Shown in pieces: positions 26,782-35,806 of a stretch of DNA of 64,000 nucleotides. Position 1 is the first letter of the stretch. Every line of letters starts with the position of its first letter. Under the pieces are notes generated by a model that was given only the letters and a program-made list of their open reading frames with translations, did not search any database and was not told the origin of the DNA. The DNA is from Patescibacteria group bacterium. Lineage in GTDB: Bacteria; Patescibacteriota; Minisyncoccia; Portnoybacterales; GWB1-42-6. Location: contig JAKLIA010000003.1 of assembly GCA_022709865.1 (NCBI GenBank), positions 21,547-85,546 on the forward strand, in the 5' to 3' direction. A program made the position numbers and the translations under genes.

Positions 26782-26833
26782 ACATATGCTATTTTTTGCC
26801 CGTTCATAATTTCTAAAGAAATTATGAAGTAGG

Positions 26834-26904
26834 GGGCCCGTAGTATAGTGGTAATACGCGGCATTCGCATTGCTGAGACGGGAGTTCGATTCTCCCCGGG
26901 TCCA
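26834..26904 (+). tRNA. tRNA-Ala (anticodon CGC), G3:U70 present, no CCA
   Basis: Acceptor GGGCCCG/CGGGTCC; anticodon stem CGGCA/TGCTG with loop TTCGCAT; T-arm GGGAG-TTCGATT-CTCCC. Confidence 0.75.
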
Positions 26905-26920
26905 CATTTCATTTTGTCCT

Positions 26921-28063
26921 ATGAGAATACTCAATTTTTTAAGGACAGTAAAAAAGTCTTTCTCAAAATACCGCCCGTCTGTGGAGGTTTTTGTTTTTCG
27001 GGACAATCTCATCCATAACTTAAGGGAATATCAGCGCCAATATCCGAAGCTCTCTTTTTCGCCGGTGCTGAAGAGTAATGCTTACGGCCATGGCTTAGCG
27101 CTAGTGGCTAAGATTTTAGATAAAGAATCGATTGCTTTTTTGGCTGTGGACTCTTTATTTGAGGCAATGATGTTGCGCAGCGAGGGTATAAAATCAGAGA
27201 TTTTGGTTATTGGCTACACTAGCGCCGAGAACATAAAAAATAGCAAGTTATCCGGCGTAGCCTTCACTATTACGAGCCTGGAACATTTACGGGCAGTGTC
27301 GCAAATTATTGATAAACCCAAAAAACTTCATTTGAAAATAGACACGGGTATGAGCCGGCAGGGGCTTTTGCCAAATCAAGCGGCTGAAGCGATGGGAATC
27401 ATTAAAAAGAATAAGTTTATTAATTTAGAGGGTTTGCTTTCTCATTTGTCTGATGCCGATGGTTCGGATGGCAATTTTACTAAAATGCAGATTAAGCAGT
27501 GGCAGGAGTGCTCGGATATTTTTAGAAAAAATTTGCCGGAAATAAAATATTATCATTTATCGGCTAGTTCCGGGATTGGCTATTCCGAGTCTTTTGCCAG
27601 CAATACGGTGCGTTTGGGGCTGGGGCTTTATGGTTTTAATGTTTCATCTTTGGTAAAATTGAATTTGAAGCCGGCATTAAGAATGGAATCGATAATTAGT
27701 TGTGTCAAAGGAATACCGGCTGGCGCCGGAGTGGGTTATAACGCAACTTATAAAACTTTAGCGCCGATAAAAATTGCTACAGTGCCGGTTGGCTATTTTG
27801 AGGGGGTAGACAGGCGTTTGTCCAATAAAGGATTTTTAAAAATTGGCGGCAAGTTTTGTCCTATTATCGGCCGGGTAAGCATGAATATAACCACAATCGA
27901 TGTTTCCTCTGTCTCGGAAATCAAGTTGGGCGATAAAGTGATAGTTATCAGCGAAAAATCGGAAGATAAAAACTCGGTTGAGCAGATGGCGCTTTTGACG
28001 CAAACAATTCCTTATGATGATTTGGTTCACATTCCGCAACATTTGCGGAGGATTATTATTTAA
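26921..28063 (+). CDS. alr: Alanine racemase
   Basis: PLP-binding motif VLKSNAYGHG. The track ORF start at 26870 overlaps tRNA-Ala, so the real start was taken as the MRILN codon at 26921. Confidence 0.85.
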   Translation: MRILNFLRTVKKSFSKYRPSVEVFVFRDNLIHNLREYQRQYPKLSFSPVLKSNAYGHGLALVAKILDKESIAFLAVDSLFEAMMLRSEGIKSEILVIGYTSAENIKNSKLSGVAFTITSLEHLRAVSQIIDKPKKLHLKIDTGMSRQGLLPNQAAEAMGIIKKNKFINLEGLLSHLSDADGSDGNFTKMQIKQWQECSDIFRKNLPEIKYYHLSASSGIGYSESFASNTVRLGLGLYGFNVSSLVKLNLKPALRMESIISCVKGIPAGAGVGYNATYKTLAPIKIATVPVGYFEGVDRRLSNKGFLKIGGKFCPIIGRVSMNITTIDVSSVSEIKLGDKVIVISEKSEDKNSVEQMALLTQTIPYDDLVHIPQHLRRIII

Positions 28064-28776
28064 TGATTAAAATTATGCAAGCAGTAATTTTAGCGGCCGG
28101 ACGAGGCGTGAGAATGGGGGAGTTAACCAATGATAAGCCCAAGCCTTTGCTGGAAATTGCCGGCCGACCAATCCTTGAATACACTCTTGAAAACCTTCCG
28201 GAAGAAATCTTGGAGGTAGTTTTAGTTATCGGTTATAAGGGAGAGATGATAAAAAAACATTTTGGCGAAAGTTGGGGCGGCAAGAAAATCAGTTATGTTG
28301 AGCAAAAACAAATGGACGGCACTGGTGGCGCTATTACGGCTGCCAGAGACCTTCTAAAGGATAAGTTCTTGGTTTTAATGGCGGACGACCTTTACCATAG
28401 AAGCGACTTAGCCAAGCTTTTATCTTATGACCTGGCTTTATTGGTCCGTGAGATTGAACAGAACACCAGATTTGGCGTAGTGGAAAAAGATGAAAAAGAA
28501 AACCTAAAAAGCATTATTGAGTTTAAGGATTTGCAAGGCAAACAGATCAACGAGCACTTGGTTAACATGGGAGCATATATGTTAAATAAAGAGTTTTTTG
28601 AATATCCCTTGGTTAAAATATCGGAAAAGGAATACGGCTTGCCGCAAACCTTGGCGCAGATGGCGGATAAATATAAAATAAAAGTGATCAAAGCCGAATG
28701 CTGGCATCCCAATGGACAGCAAGAGGATTTGATAAAAGGAGAAGAAGTGGTCAAAAAGCATTTTAATATAGATTAA
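28063..28776 (+). CDS. Sugar-phosphate nucleotidyltransferase (NTP_transferase family)
   Basis: N-terminal AVILAAGRGVRMG ... KPLL signature. Confidence 0.75.
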   Translation: MIKIMQAVILAAGRGVRMGELTNDKPKPLLEIAGRPILEYTLENLPEEILEVVLVIGYKGEMIKKHFGESWGGKKISYVEQKQMDGTGGAITAARDLLKDKFLVLMADDLYHRSDLAKLLSYDLALLVREIEQNTRFGVVEKDEKENLKSIIEFKDLQGKQINEHLVNMGAYMLNKEFFEYPLVKISEKEYGLPQTLAQMADKYKIKVIKAECWHPNGQQEDLIKGEEVVKKHFNID

Positions 28777-28778
28777 GC

Positions 28779-29384
28779 ATGGATAAAAAGCTGAAGGAAA
28801 TACCGACGGCGGAGCTTAGGAGCATTTTGCAGAAATATAAGAACAGCCTTGTTGTTTATGAAAAAAAACCGGTCCGTAAATTTTTTCTTTGCCCGGTTGG
28901 GTTGGTTGGTGCGGGTAAGACCACGGTTTTAAAGCCGTTAGCTGAACAAATGCAAACGGTCCGGGTCTCAACAGATGAAATTAGGAGGATATTGAAAAAC
29001 AAGGGTTATAATTACGATTTTGTCGGGGAGATAGCGCTAAAACTAATTGAAGATTTTGCTAAAGAAGGCTATAGCGTGGCTATTGATGCGGATTGCGTTA
29101 ATAAAAAAGATAATATTGAAAAATTGGCCAAAGAAGCTGGCGCTAAAATTATTTGGCTTCATATCAATCCGCCAGAGGAGTTTATAATTAATAAGCTTCG
29201 TAATTTTAAAAACGGCTGGCTAGTTGAAGACAACGAAGAGATGGTCAGAAATTATTTTGAGCGCAAGTCGTTGCACCAAAAATTAGACTTCCCGTTTTTA
29301 TATGTTTTTGATACTTCCAAGAATAATTTAAAAGAGCAAATTAAAGAGGCGGAAGATTTGATAAAAGGAGAATTAAAAATATAA
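28779..29384 (+). CDS. P-loop NTPase / putative small-molecule kinase (AAA_33-like)
   Basis: Walker A motif GLVGAGKTT; size and layout resemble sugar/nucleotide kinases. Confidence 0.5.
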   Translation: MDKKLKEIPTAELRSILQKYKNSLVVYEKKPVRKFFLCPVGLVGAGKTTVLKPLAEQMQTVRVSTDEIRRILKNKGYNYDFVGEIALKLIEDFAKEGYSVAIDADCVNKKDNIEKLAKEAGAKIIWLHINPPEEFIINKLRNFKNGWLVEDNEEMVRNYFERKSLHQKLDFPFLYVFDTSKNNLKEQIKEAEDLIKGELKI

Positions 29385-29388
29385 AAAA

Positions 29389-29856
29389 ATGCCAAAATCA
29401 TCTAAGAAAAAAATCGTGGTTGCCGTGAGCGGGGGGTTTGACCCGATACATGTTGGGCATGTTGATATGCTAAATGAAGCCAAGGCTTTGGGCGATGAGC
29501 TGGTGGTTATTTTAAACAATGATAATTGGCTGATGAAAAAGAAGGGCCATGTTTTTATGCCGCAAGAAGAGCGCAAGGAAATAATAGAAGCTTTAAAGCC
29601 GGTGGACCGGGTGGTCTTTACTAAGCACGAAGCAAATGACGAAGAGAGAAGCGTTTGCCGGGAGCTGGCTGAACTGAAGCCGGATATTTTTGCCAATGGC
29701 GGCGACCGCAAACCGGACGGAGACCCAATTCCCGAAGTTAAACTTTGCGAAAAAATGGGCATCAAAGTTGTTTACAATGTGGGCTCAAGAGGGAAAATCC
29801 AATCCAGCTCTTGGCTGGTGGAAAAATACATTAAAAAAGATAAAAAAGCCAAATAA
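29389..29856 (+). CDS. Cytidylyltransferase-like nucleotidyltransferase (RfaE domain II / HldE-like adenylyltransferase)
   Basis: HxGH motif (GGFDPIHVGH) and a C-terminal GGD. Confidence 0.7.
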   Translation: MPKSSKKKIVVAVSGGFDPIHVGHVDMLNEAKALGDELVVILNNDNWLMKKKGHVFMPQEERKEIIEALKPVDRVVFTKHEANDEERSVCRELAELKPDIFANGGDRKPDGDPIPEVKLCEKMGIKVVYNVGSRGKIQSSSWLVEKYIKKDKKAK

Positions 29857-29956
29857 GCAAAAAAGAGGACTAATATTGACTTTTTGTTTAAAGAGGGTTA
29901 TAATTATAATATATAGTAAATTAAAAAAACAATAATCCAGGACAAAGGAGGAAGGA

Positions 29957-30142
29957 ATGAGCAGATTGCAGAGGGATCCTTGCCCGGTTTGTGGCAAAGG
30001 GGAAATTGACCGAATATTTGACACCTTTTTGGACCATCGTGAGAAATGCCCATTTTGTCAGTCTCTTTTATCGGTGCCCAGTGATAAAGCGAAGCCGATA
30101 ACAGTAATTGAGAGGGCGGAGGTTCAGGCTAGTGTTAATTAA
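29957..30142 (+). CDS. Small zinc-ribbon protein (61 aa)
   Basis: CPVCG...CPFC cysteine pairs, with a strong ribosome-binding site AAAGGAGG 6 nt upstream of the ATG. Confidence 0.5.
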   Translation: MSRLQRDPCPVCGKGEIDRIFDTFLDHREKCPFCQSLLSVPSDKAKPITVIERAEVQASVN

Positions 30143-30159
30143 AAACAGTTCTTATGATA

Positions 30160-30188
30160 GCCGGCAAGTAATTGTCCGGCTTTTTTTA
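30160..30188 (+). terminator. Rho-independent terminator (GCCGGCAAGTAATTGTCCGGCTTTTTTT), followed by the palindrome CCCGTCAGTCGCGACTGACGGG (30190-30211)
   Basis: Hairpin plus T-run; the second element is a perfect palindrome upstream of nusA. Confidence 0.55.
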
Positions 30189-30314
30189 TCCCGTCAGTCG
30201 CGACTGACGGGATTTATTATTGACAAAGAAGCGATAGAAATATAGACTAATAATAGGTTGTGGATAGGTATTGATGGGTCCGTGGAAACGGGCCTTATTA
30301 TTTAACTAAAAACT

Positions 30315-31628
30315 ATGGACAAACAATCATTTGCTTCGGCAATAGATCAGATTTGCGAGGAAAAAGGCATCTCCAAAGCCAAGGTCATGGAGACTATTGA
30401 AGTGGCCATCGCGGCGGCCTATAAAAAGGATTACGGCCATAAAGGCCAGAATATCCGGGCGGCTTTTGATTTGGCGACCGGTGAAGTAAAAATCTTCCAG
30501 GTTAAGCTAGTGCTTGATGAGAGTTTGATAAAAAGCGAGGAAGAGATAGAAGCGGAAAGGCAAGCAGCTGAAGCCAGGGGAGAATCGGAAGAAAGAGAGC
30601 CGAAAGAAGAGGAATTGGCGGGCGAGAAAAAAGTCCGATTCAACGCCGAAAAGCATATTATGGTTGATGAGGCTAAAAAAATAGACAAGAAAATAAAAGT
30701 GGGCGAAGAGCTCTTGATAGAACTTGAATCTCGCACTGATTTTGGCCGCATTGCTGCCCAGACCGCTAAGCAAGTGATTATCCAGCGGATTAGGGAAGCT
30801 GAGCGGGAGACTATTTTTGATGAGTTTAAAGAACGGGAAGGGGAGGTGGTTTCCGGAATCGTGCAGCGCATTGAGCGGGGCGCGGTTTTTGTGGATATTG
30901 GCAAAACCACAGGTGTGCTGTTCCCGGAGGAACAGATACAAGGAGAGCGGTATCGCTTGGGCCAACGGTTGCGTGTTTTGCTGCTGGAAGTGCAAAAAGA
31001 GGTGCGCGGGCCGAATATTATTTTATCCCGGGCCCACTCTAAAATGTTGGCTAAACTTTTTGAGTTGGAAGTGCCGGAAATTGCTTCGGGCGCTGTTGAA
31101 ATTAAAGCGATCGTCCGGGAAGCTGGTTCCCGTTCCAAAATCGCGGTGTTTGCCACGGAAGCGGGCGTGGACCCGATCGGCAGTTGTGTTGGCCAAAAAG
31201 GCACCAGGGTGCAGGCGGTAATTAATGAATTGGGCGGAGAAAAAATAGATATTATTGAATGGTCGGATAACCCTGAAAAGTTTATTGCCAATGCTTTGGC
31301 GCCGGCTAAAGTTATAAAAGTGGATATAAATAAAGAGCAAAAAATTGCAAAAGTTGAAGTGCCGGAAGACCAACTATCGCTGGCAATCGGTAAACGAGGG
31401 CAGAACGTCCGCTTAGCCGCCAAATTAACCGAATGGAAAATTGATATGGTGGGCGGAGTGGTGCCGGAAGAAGGGAAAGAAGGGGAGAGCGAAGAGGGCG
31501 ATGAAGCAGCGCCAAAGGGTGAAGGAGAAGAAAAAAAGGAGCCGAAAAAAGAAGAAGGAATAATTGAGGCAGAAGAAGCCAAGCCTAAAGATAAAAGAGG
31601 CCGGAAGAAGAAAAAAATCGAACCCTAA
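30315..31628 (+). CDS. nusA: Transcription termination/antitermination factor NusA with an acidic/lysine-rich C-terminal extension
   Basis: N-terminal NusA domain, an S1 domain and two KH domains (GxxG motifs IGKRGQN). Confidence 0.9.
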   Translation: MDKQSFASAIDQICEEKGISKAKVMETIEVAIAAAYKKDYGHKGQNIRAAFDLATGEVKIFQVKLVLDESLIKSEEEIEAERQAAEARGESEEREPKEEELAGEKKVRFNAEKHIMVDEAKKIDKKIKVGEELLIELESRTDFGRIAAQTAKQVIIQRIREAERETIFDEFKEREGEVVSGIVQRIERGAVFVDIGKTTGVLFPEEQIQGERYRLGQRLRVLLLEVQKEVRGPNIILSRAHSKMLAKLFELEVPEIASGAVEIKAIVREAGSRSKIAVFATEAGVDPIGSCVGQKGTRVQAVINELGGEKIDIIEWSDNPEKFIANALAPAKVIKVDINKEQKIAKVEVPEDQLSLAIGKRGQNVRLAAKLTEWKIDMVGGVVPEEGKEGESEEGDEAAPKGEGEEKKEPKKEEGIIEAEEAKPKDKRGRKKKKIEP

Positions 31629-31669
31629 AAATAAAAATTAACATTAATAATTAAATAATTATTTATAGT

Positions 31670-33670
31670 ATGACAATCCAACTTTTTTCTATTATTGCAA
31701 GTTTAATCTCAGTGGCCTTTGCCGCTTATTTGGCGGCTAAGATAATGCGTTATCCGGCGGGCGAGGGCAAGATGCTGGAGATCGCGCAGGCGATTCGCGA
31801 GGGCGCTAAAGCTTATTTGAACCGCCAATATCGGGCAGTGGCTATGGTGGCGGTGGTTATCGCTGTGGCGTTGGGCTATTTTTTTGACCTGACAACGGTA
31901 GCTGGCTTTTTGTTCGGCGCGCTGGCTTCGGCTTTGGCCGGTTATATCGGCATGAACGTGGCGGTGCGCGCCAATTCCCGGACGGCGCAAGCAGCTAAGT
32001 CCGGTTTAACTAAAGCTTTGGCGGTGGCGTTTGAAGGCGGAACAGTAACCGGTCTTTTGGTGGTGGGCCTGGGGCTTTTTTCTGTTACTTTATTCTATTG
32101 GCTGACCGGCGACTTAAAGGCATTGGTAGCTTTGGGTTTTGGTGGTAGTTTGATATCAGTTTTTGCCAGACTCGGCGGCGGTATCTTTACTAAAGGCGCG
32201 GATGTGGGCGCGGATCTGGTTGGCAAAGTGGAAGCGGGCATTCCGGAAGACGACCCAAGAAACCCGGCGGTTATTGCCGATAACGTGGGCGATAACGTGG
32301 GTGATGACGCAGGTATGGCAGCGGACTTGTTTGAAACTTACGTGGTGACAGCGATTGCCGCGATGATATTGGGCAATTTGCTTTTCCCGGGTTTTGCCAA
32401 CGCGATCTTGTTGCCGTTGGCTTTGGGCGCGATTTCTATTTTTGCCTCAATTGCCGGATTTTTCTTTGTGCGGCTGGGCAAGAAACAAAATATTATGGGC
32501 GCATTGTATAAAGGCCTGTTCGCTTCGGCAGCTTTGGCGGCGATTGGTTTTTATCCGATGATCCAGGGATTGACTAAGAACGTGGTGGAAACTTCGTTTA
32601 GCTTCTGGCCTCTTTATCTTTCTACGATCGTGGGCTTGGTAGTCACAGCCGGCATGGTGTTGATTACGGAATACTATACTTCCAAGAGTTTCAAGCCCGT
32701 AAAATCAATTGCCCAGGCTTCTACCACGGGGCATGGCACGAATATCATTACGGGGTTGGCAGTCTCGATGCAATCAACCGCTTTGCCGGTAGTTTTGATC
32801 TCGGCGGGAATCTTTTTCTCTTTCTATTTGGCGGGAATCTATGGCGTGGCTTTGGCCGCGATGAGCATGCTTTCTATGGCGGGGATTGTGGTGGCGGTGG
32901 ACGCATTTGGCCCGATTACGGACAATGCCGGCGGTATCGCAGAGATGGCTAACTTGTCTGAAGATGTAAGAAAGATTACCGATGCTTTGGATGCGGTGGG
33001 AAATACCACTAAAGCCGTGACCAAAGGTTATGCGATTGCTTCGGCGGGGTTAGCGGCTTTAGTTTTGTTTGCCTCTTTCTCGCAAGAAGTTTCGGACATG
33101 GCCAGCGCGCCAATAATTTTTGAATTAAGCGATCCGAGAGTCATTATTGGTTTATTCATTGGGGGCCTCTTGCCATATTTGTTTGGTTCACTCGCCATGC
33201 AAGCGGTAGGGAAAGCAGGCGCGGCAGTGGTCACGGAAGTTCGCCGGCAGTTCAAGGAGATCAAAGGCATTATGGATGGCACAGGCAAACCGCAATACGG
33301 ACTTTGCGTGGACATCGTGACCAAAGCGGCAATTCGCGAAATGATTTTGCCGGCATTGATTCCGGTGCTGGCGCCAGTGGTTATGGGTTTGCTCTTAGGG
33401 CCAAAGGCAGTTGGCGGTTTGTTGGTGGGCTCAATTGTGACGGGTTTATTTGTGGCAATTTCTATGACTTCGGGAGGAGCAGCTTGGGATAACGCGAAAA
33501 AATATATTGAAGAAGGCAATTATGGCGGCAAGGGTTCATTTGCGCACCAAGCGGCTGTGACGGGTGATACTGTTGGAGATCCTTATAAAGATACCGCGGG
33601 TCCGGCTATCAATCCTATGATTAAGATAATCAATATCGTGGCATTATTGATAGTTAGCTTTTTGGTCTAA
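31670..33670 (+). CDS. hppA: Membrane-bound proton/sodium-translocating pyrophosphatase
   Basis: Motifs [28 protein letters not shown], and EYYTS...KP. Confidence 0.9.
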   Translation: MTIQLFSIIASLISVAFAAYLAAKIMRYPAGEGKMLEIAQAIREGAKAYLNRQYRAVAMVAVVIAVALGYFFDLTTVAGFLFGALASALAGYIGMNVAVRANSRTAQAAKSGLTKALAVAFEGGTVTGLLVVGLGLFSVTLFYWLTGDLKALVALGFGGSLISVFARLGGGIFTKGADVGADLVGKVEAGIPEDDPRNPAVIADNVGDNVGDDAGMAADLFETYVVTAIAAMILGNLLFPGFANAILLPLALGAISIFASIAGFFFVRLGKKQNIMGALYKGLFASAALAAIGFYPMIQGLTKNVVETSFSFWPLYLSTIVGLVVTAGMVLITEYYTSKSFKPVKSIAQASTTGHGTNIITGLAVSMQSTALPVVLISAGIFFSFYLAGIYGVALAAMSMLSMAGIVVAVDAFGPITDNAGGIAEMANLSEDVRKITDALDAVGNTTKAVTKGYAIASAGLAALVLFASFSQEVSDMASAPIIFELSDPRVIIGLFIGGLLPYLFGSLAMQAVGKAGAAVVTEVRRQFKEIKGIMDGTGKPQYGLCVDIVTKAAIREMILPALIPVLAPVVMGLLLGPKAVGGLLVGSIVTGLFVAISMTSGGAAWDNAKKYIEEGNYGGKGSFAHQAAVTGDTVGDPYKDTAGPAINPMIKIINIVALLIVSFLV

Positions 33671-33786
33671 ATCTTTTCTTTGCCACTTTTTGGCAACCCG
33701 TTTCGACTCGTCTGACGGCGAGTCGAAACAAGAATGATAATAAGAGAATAATAGTTTGCCCTTCGACTGCGCTCAGGGCGTAATTT

Positions 33787-35085
33787 TTGAAAAAAATTAT
33801 GAAAATCGATATTAAAAACCTTCCAAAATCAGAAGTAGAGATTTTAGTTGAGCTTGACCTTACCGAGTGGGGCAAGTTTATTGACGAGGCGACAAAAGAG
33901 CTTGGCAAGGAAGTAAAAATTGAAGGTTTTAGGCCAGGCATGGCGCCCAAAGAGATGCTCGAACAAAAAATTGGCCAAGGCCATATTTTGGAAGCAGCGG
34001 CGGATTTGGCAGTGCGCAAAACTTATAGCAAGGTTTTGGACCAAAAAAATATCGAAGCGATCGGTCGGCCGGAAGTACAGGTCTTAAAGGTGGCCATAGG
34101 CAATCCTTTTGAGTTCAAGATTAAGACAGCTGTTTTGCCGCCGATAAAATTGGCGGATTATAAAAAAATTGCTAAGGATGACAAGCCTAAAACCAAGGAC
34201 CAAATAAAAGTGGAAGAAAAAGAAATAAACGAGTCGCTAGAATGGTTAAGAAAATCCAGAACAAAATACGCCACCGTTCTGCGGCCGGCGCAAAAAGGGG
34301 ATAGGGTGGAAGTTGATTTTGTGGCCAAGCAAGAAGGCAAAACCATTGAAAATGGCGAAAGCAAAAATCATCCGCTGCTTATCGGCGAAGGCAAGTTCGT
34401 GCCTGGTTTTGAAGACCAATTGATCGGTTTGAAAGAAGGCGAAACCAAGAACTTCAGCTTGGTTTTTCCAGAAGATTTTGCCGCTAAGGCCTTGGCTGGG
34501 AAACTAATTGATTTTGAAACTAAGATGAACTTAGTGCAGGAGCCCCAAGCGCCCGAGCTTAACGACGAGTTTGCCAAAGACTTGGGCAAGTTTGAAAACC
34601 TAGAAGCGTTAAAAAACAACGTCAAAGATGGTTTAGCCATGGAAAAAGAGCAAAAAGAAAAAGAGATTTGGCGGGCTAAGATTTTGCAAGAGATAGTCAA
34701 AAAATCGGAAATGGAATTGCCGGAAATCCTGATCCAAGCCGAGGTTGATAAAATGGCTGACGAATTCAGGGCAAACTTAACGCAAATGGGATTGGTCTAC
34801 GAAGATTATTTAAAGAACGTCAAAAAGACCGAAGAAGATATGAAGAAAGAGTGGCTGCCAAAAGCCAAAGAGCGGGCGCAGGCCGGCCTGATTTTGCGCC
34901 AAATCAGCGAATTGGAGAATCTGGAGGTTTCGCCCGAAGAAGCTGAGGCGGAAATGAACCATATTATCAAGCATTATCCTGATTGGGACGCGGTCAAATC
35001 CAAAATTGACATGGCCTCACTGCTAGAATATACTAAGGGAAGGTTAAAAAACGAGAAGGTTTTTGAGTTTTTAGAGAAAGCGTAA
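33787..35085 (+). CDS. tig: Trigger factor
   Basis: N-terminal ribosome-binding region, central FKBP-like PPIase region (FRPGMAPK...), 432 aa. Confidence 0.85.
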   Translation: MKKIMKIDIKNLPKSEVEILVELDLTEWGKFIDEATKELGKEVKIEGFRPGMAPKEMLEQKIGQGHILEAAADLAVRKTYSKVLDQKNIEAIGRPEVQVLKVAIGNPFEFKIKTAVLPPIKLADYKKIAKDDKPKTKDQIKVEEKEINESLEWLRKSRTKYATVLRPAQKGDRVEVDFVAKQEGKTIENGESKNHPLLIGEGKFVPGFEDQLIGLKEGETKNFSLVFPEDFAAKALAGKLIDFETKMNLVQEPQAPELNDEFAKDLGKFENLEALKNNVKDGLAMEKEQKEKEIWRAKILQEIVKKSEMELPEILIQAEVDKMADEFRANLTQMGLVYEDYLKNVKKTEEDMKKEWLPKAKERAQAGLILRQISELENLEVSPEEAEAEMNHIIKHYPDWDAVKSKIDMASLLEYTKGRLKNEKVFEFLEKA

Positions 35086-35200
35086 AAGACATATTTTATG
35101 TCTTTTTCTGCACCGCTAGACAATATAATTGTGTAATGATGCAGAAAATAGCATAGAATCATTAAATTATTTAAGCTAACTAAGCTAGGGTAGGCCATTT

Positions 35201-35785
35201 ATGAATTTGATTCCGACTGTTATTGAAAAATCATCGTATGGCGAGCAAGCCTACGATATCTACTCGAGACTGCTTAAAGAGCGGATAATTTTTTTGGGCG
35301 GCCCGATTTCCGACGTTTTAGCCAACTCGGTCATCGCGCAACTTTTGTTTCTTGATTCGCAAGACCCCAAAAAAGACATCCAGCTTTATATCAACAGCCC
35401 GGGCGGAGTCGTGACGGCGGGGCTAGCCATTTATGACACGATGCAATATGTTAAGGCGGACGTTTCTACAATTTGCATCGGTATGGCTGCTTCCATGGGA
35501 GCGGTGCTTTTAACTGCGGGAGCCGCGGGCAAGCGGTTCATTTTGCCAAACTCGGAAGTTTTGCTCCATCAAGTGATGGGGGGAGCGGAAGGGCAGGCGG
35601 TGGACATCGATATTGCCGCCAGGCAGATCCTGAAAGTAAAAGACCGCCTGAACCATATTTTGGCCAAGCACACGGGCCAGGATATAAAGCAGCTGGAAAA
35701 GGATACAGACCGTGATTTTTTCATGTCGGCCGAAGAGGCCAAACAGTATGGCGTGGTTGATAAGATCTTGAGAAAAGCCAACTAA
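35201..35785 (+). CDS. clpP: ATP-dependent Clp protease proteolytic subunit
   Basis: [14 protein letters not shown] ... catalytic Ser (GMAASMGA) and His. Confidence 0.9.
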   Translation: MNLIPTVIEKSSYGEQAYDIYSRLLKERIIFLGGPISDVLANSVIAQLLFLDSQDPKKDIQLYINSPGGVVTAGLAIYDTMQYVKADVSTICIGMAASMGAVLLTAGAAGKRFILPNSEVLLHQVMGGAEGQAVDIDIAARQILKVKDRLNHILAKHTGQDIKQLEKDTDRDFFMSAEEAKQYGVVDKILRKAN

Positions 35786-35806
35786 TACGCCAGAACTCTT
35801 TCTTAA

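Noticed and set aside
26870-26920. An alr start at 26870, as in the ORF track.
   Set aside because: That codon lies inside tRNA-Ala(CGC). The first ATG after the tRNA, at 26921, is used instead.
30431-31582. 383-aa antisense ORF spanning most of nusA, plus other long antisense ORFs such as 43658-44659 inside ftsH and 33028-33519 inside hppA.
   Set aside because: The sense strands carry unambiguous NusA, FtsH and HppA homologs. The antisense ORFs are low-complexity Ser/Pro/Ala-rich frames typical of GC-biased antisense reading.
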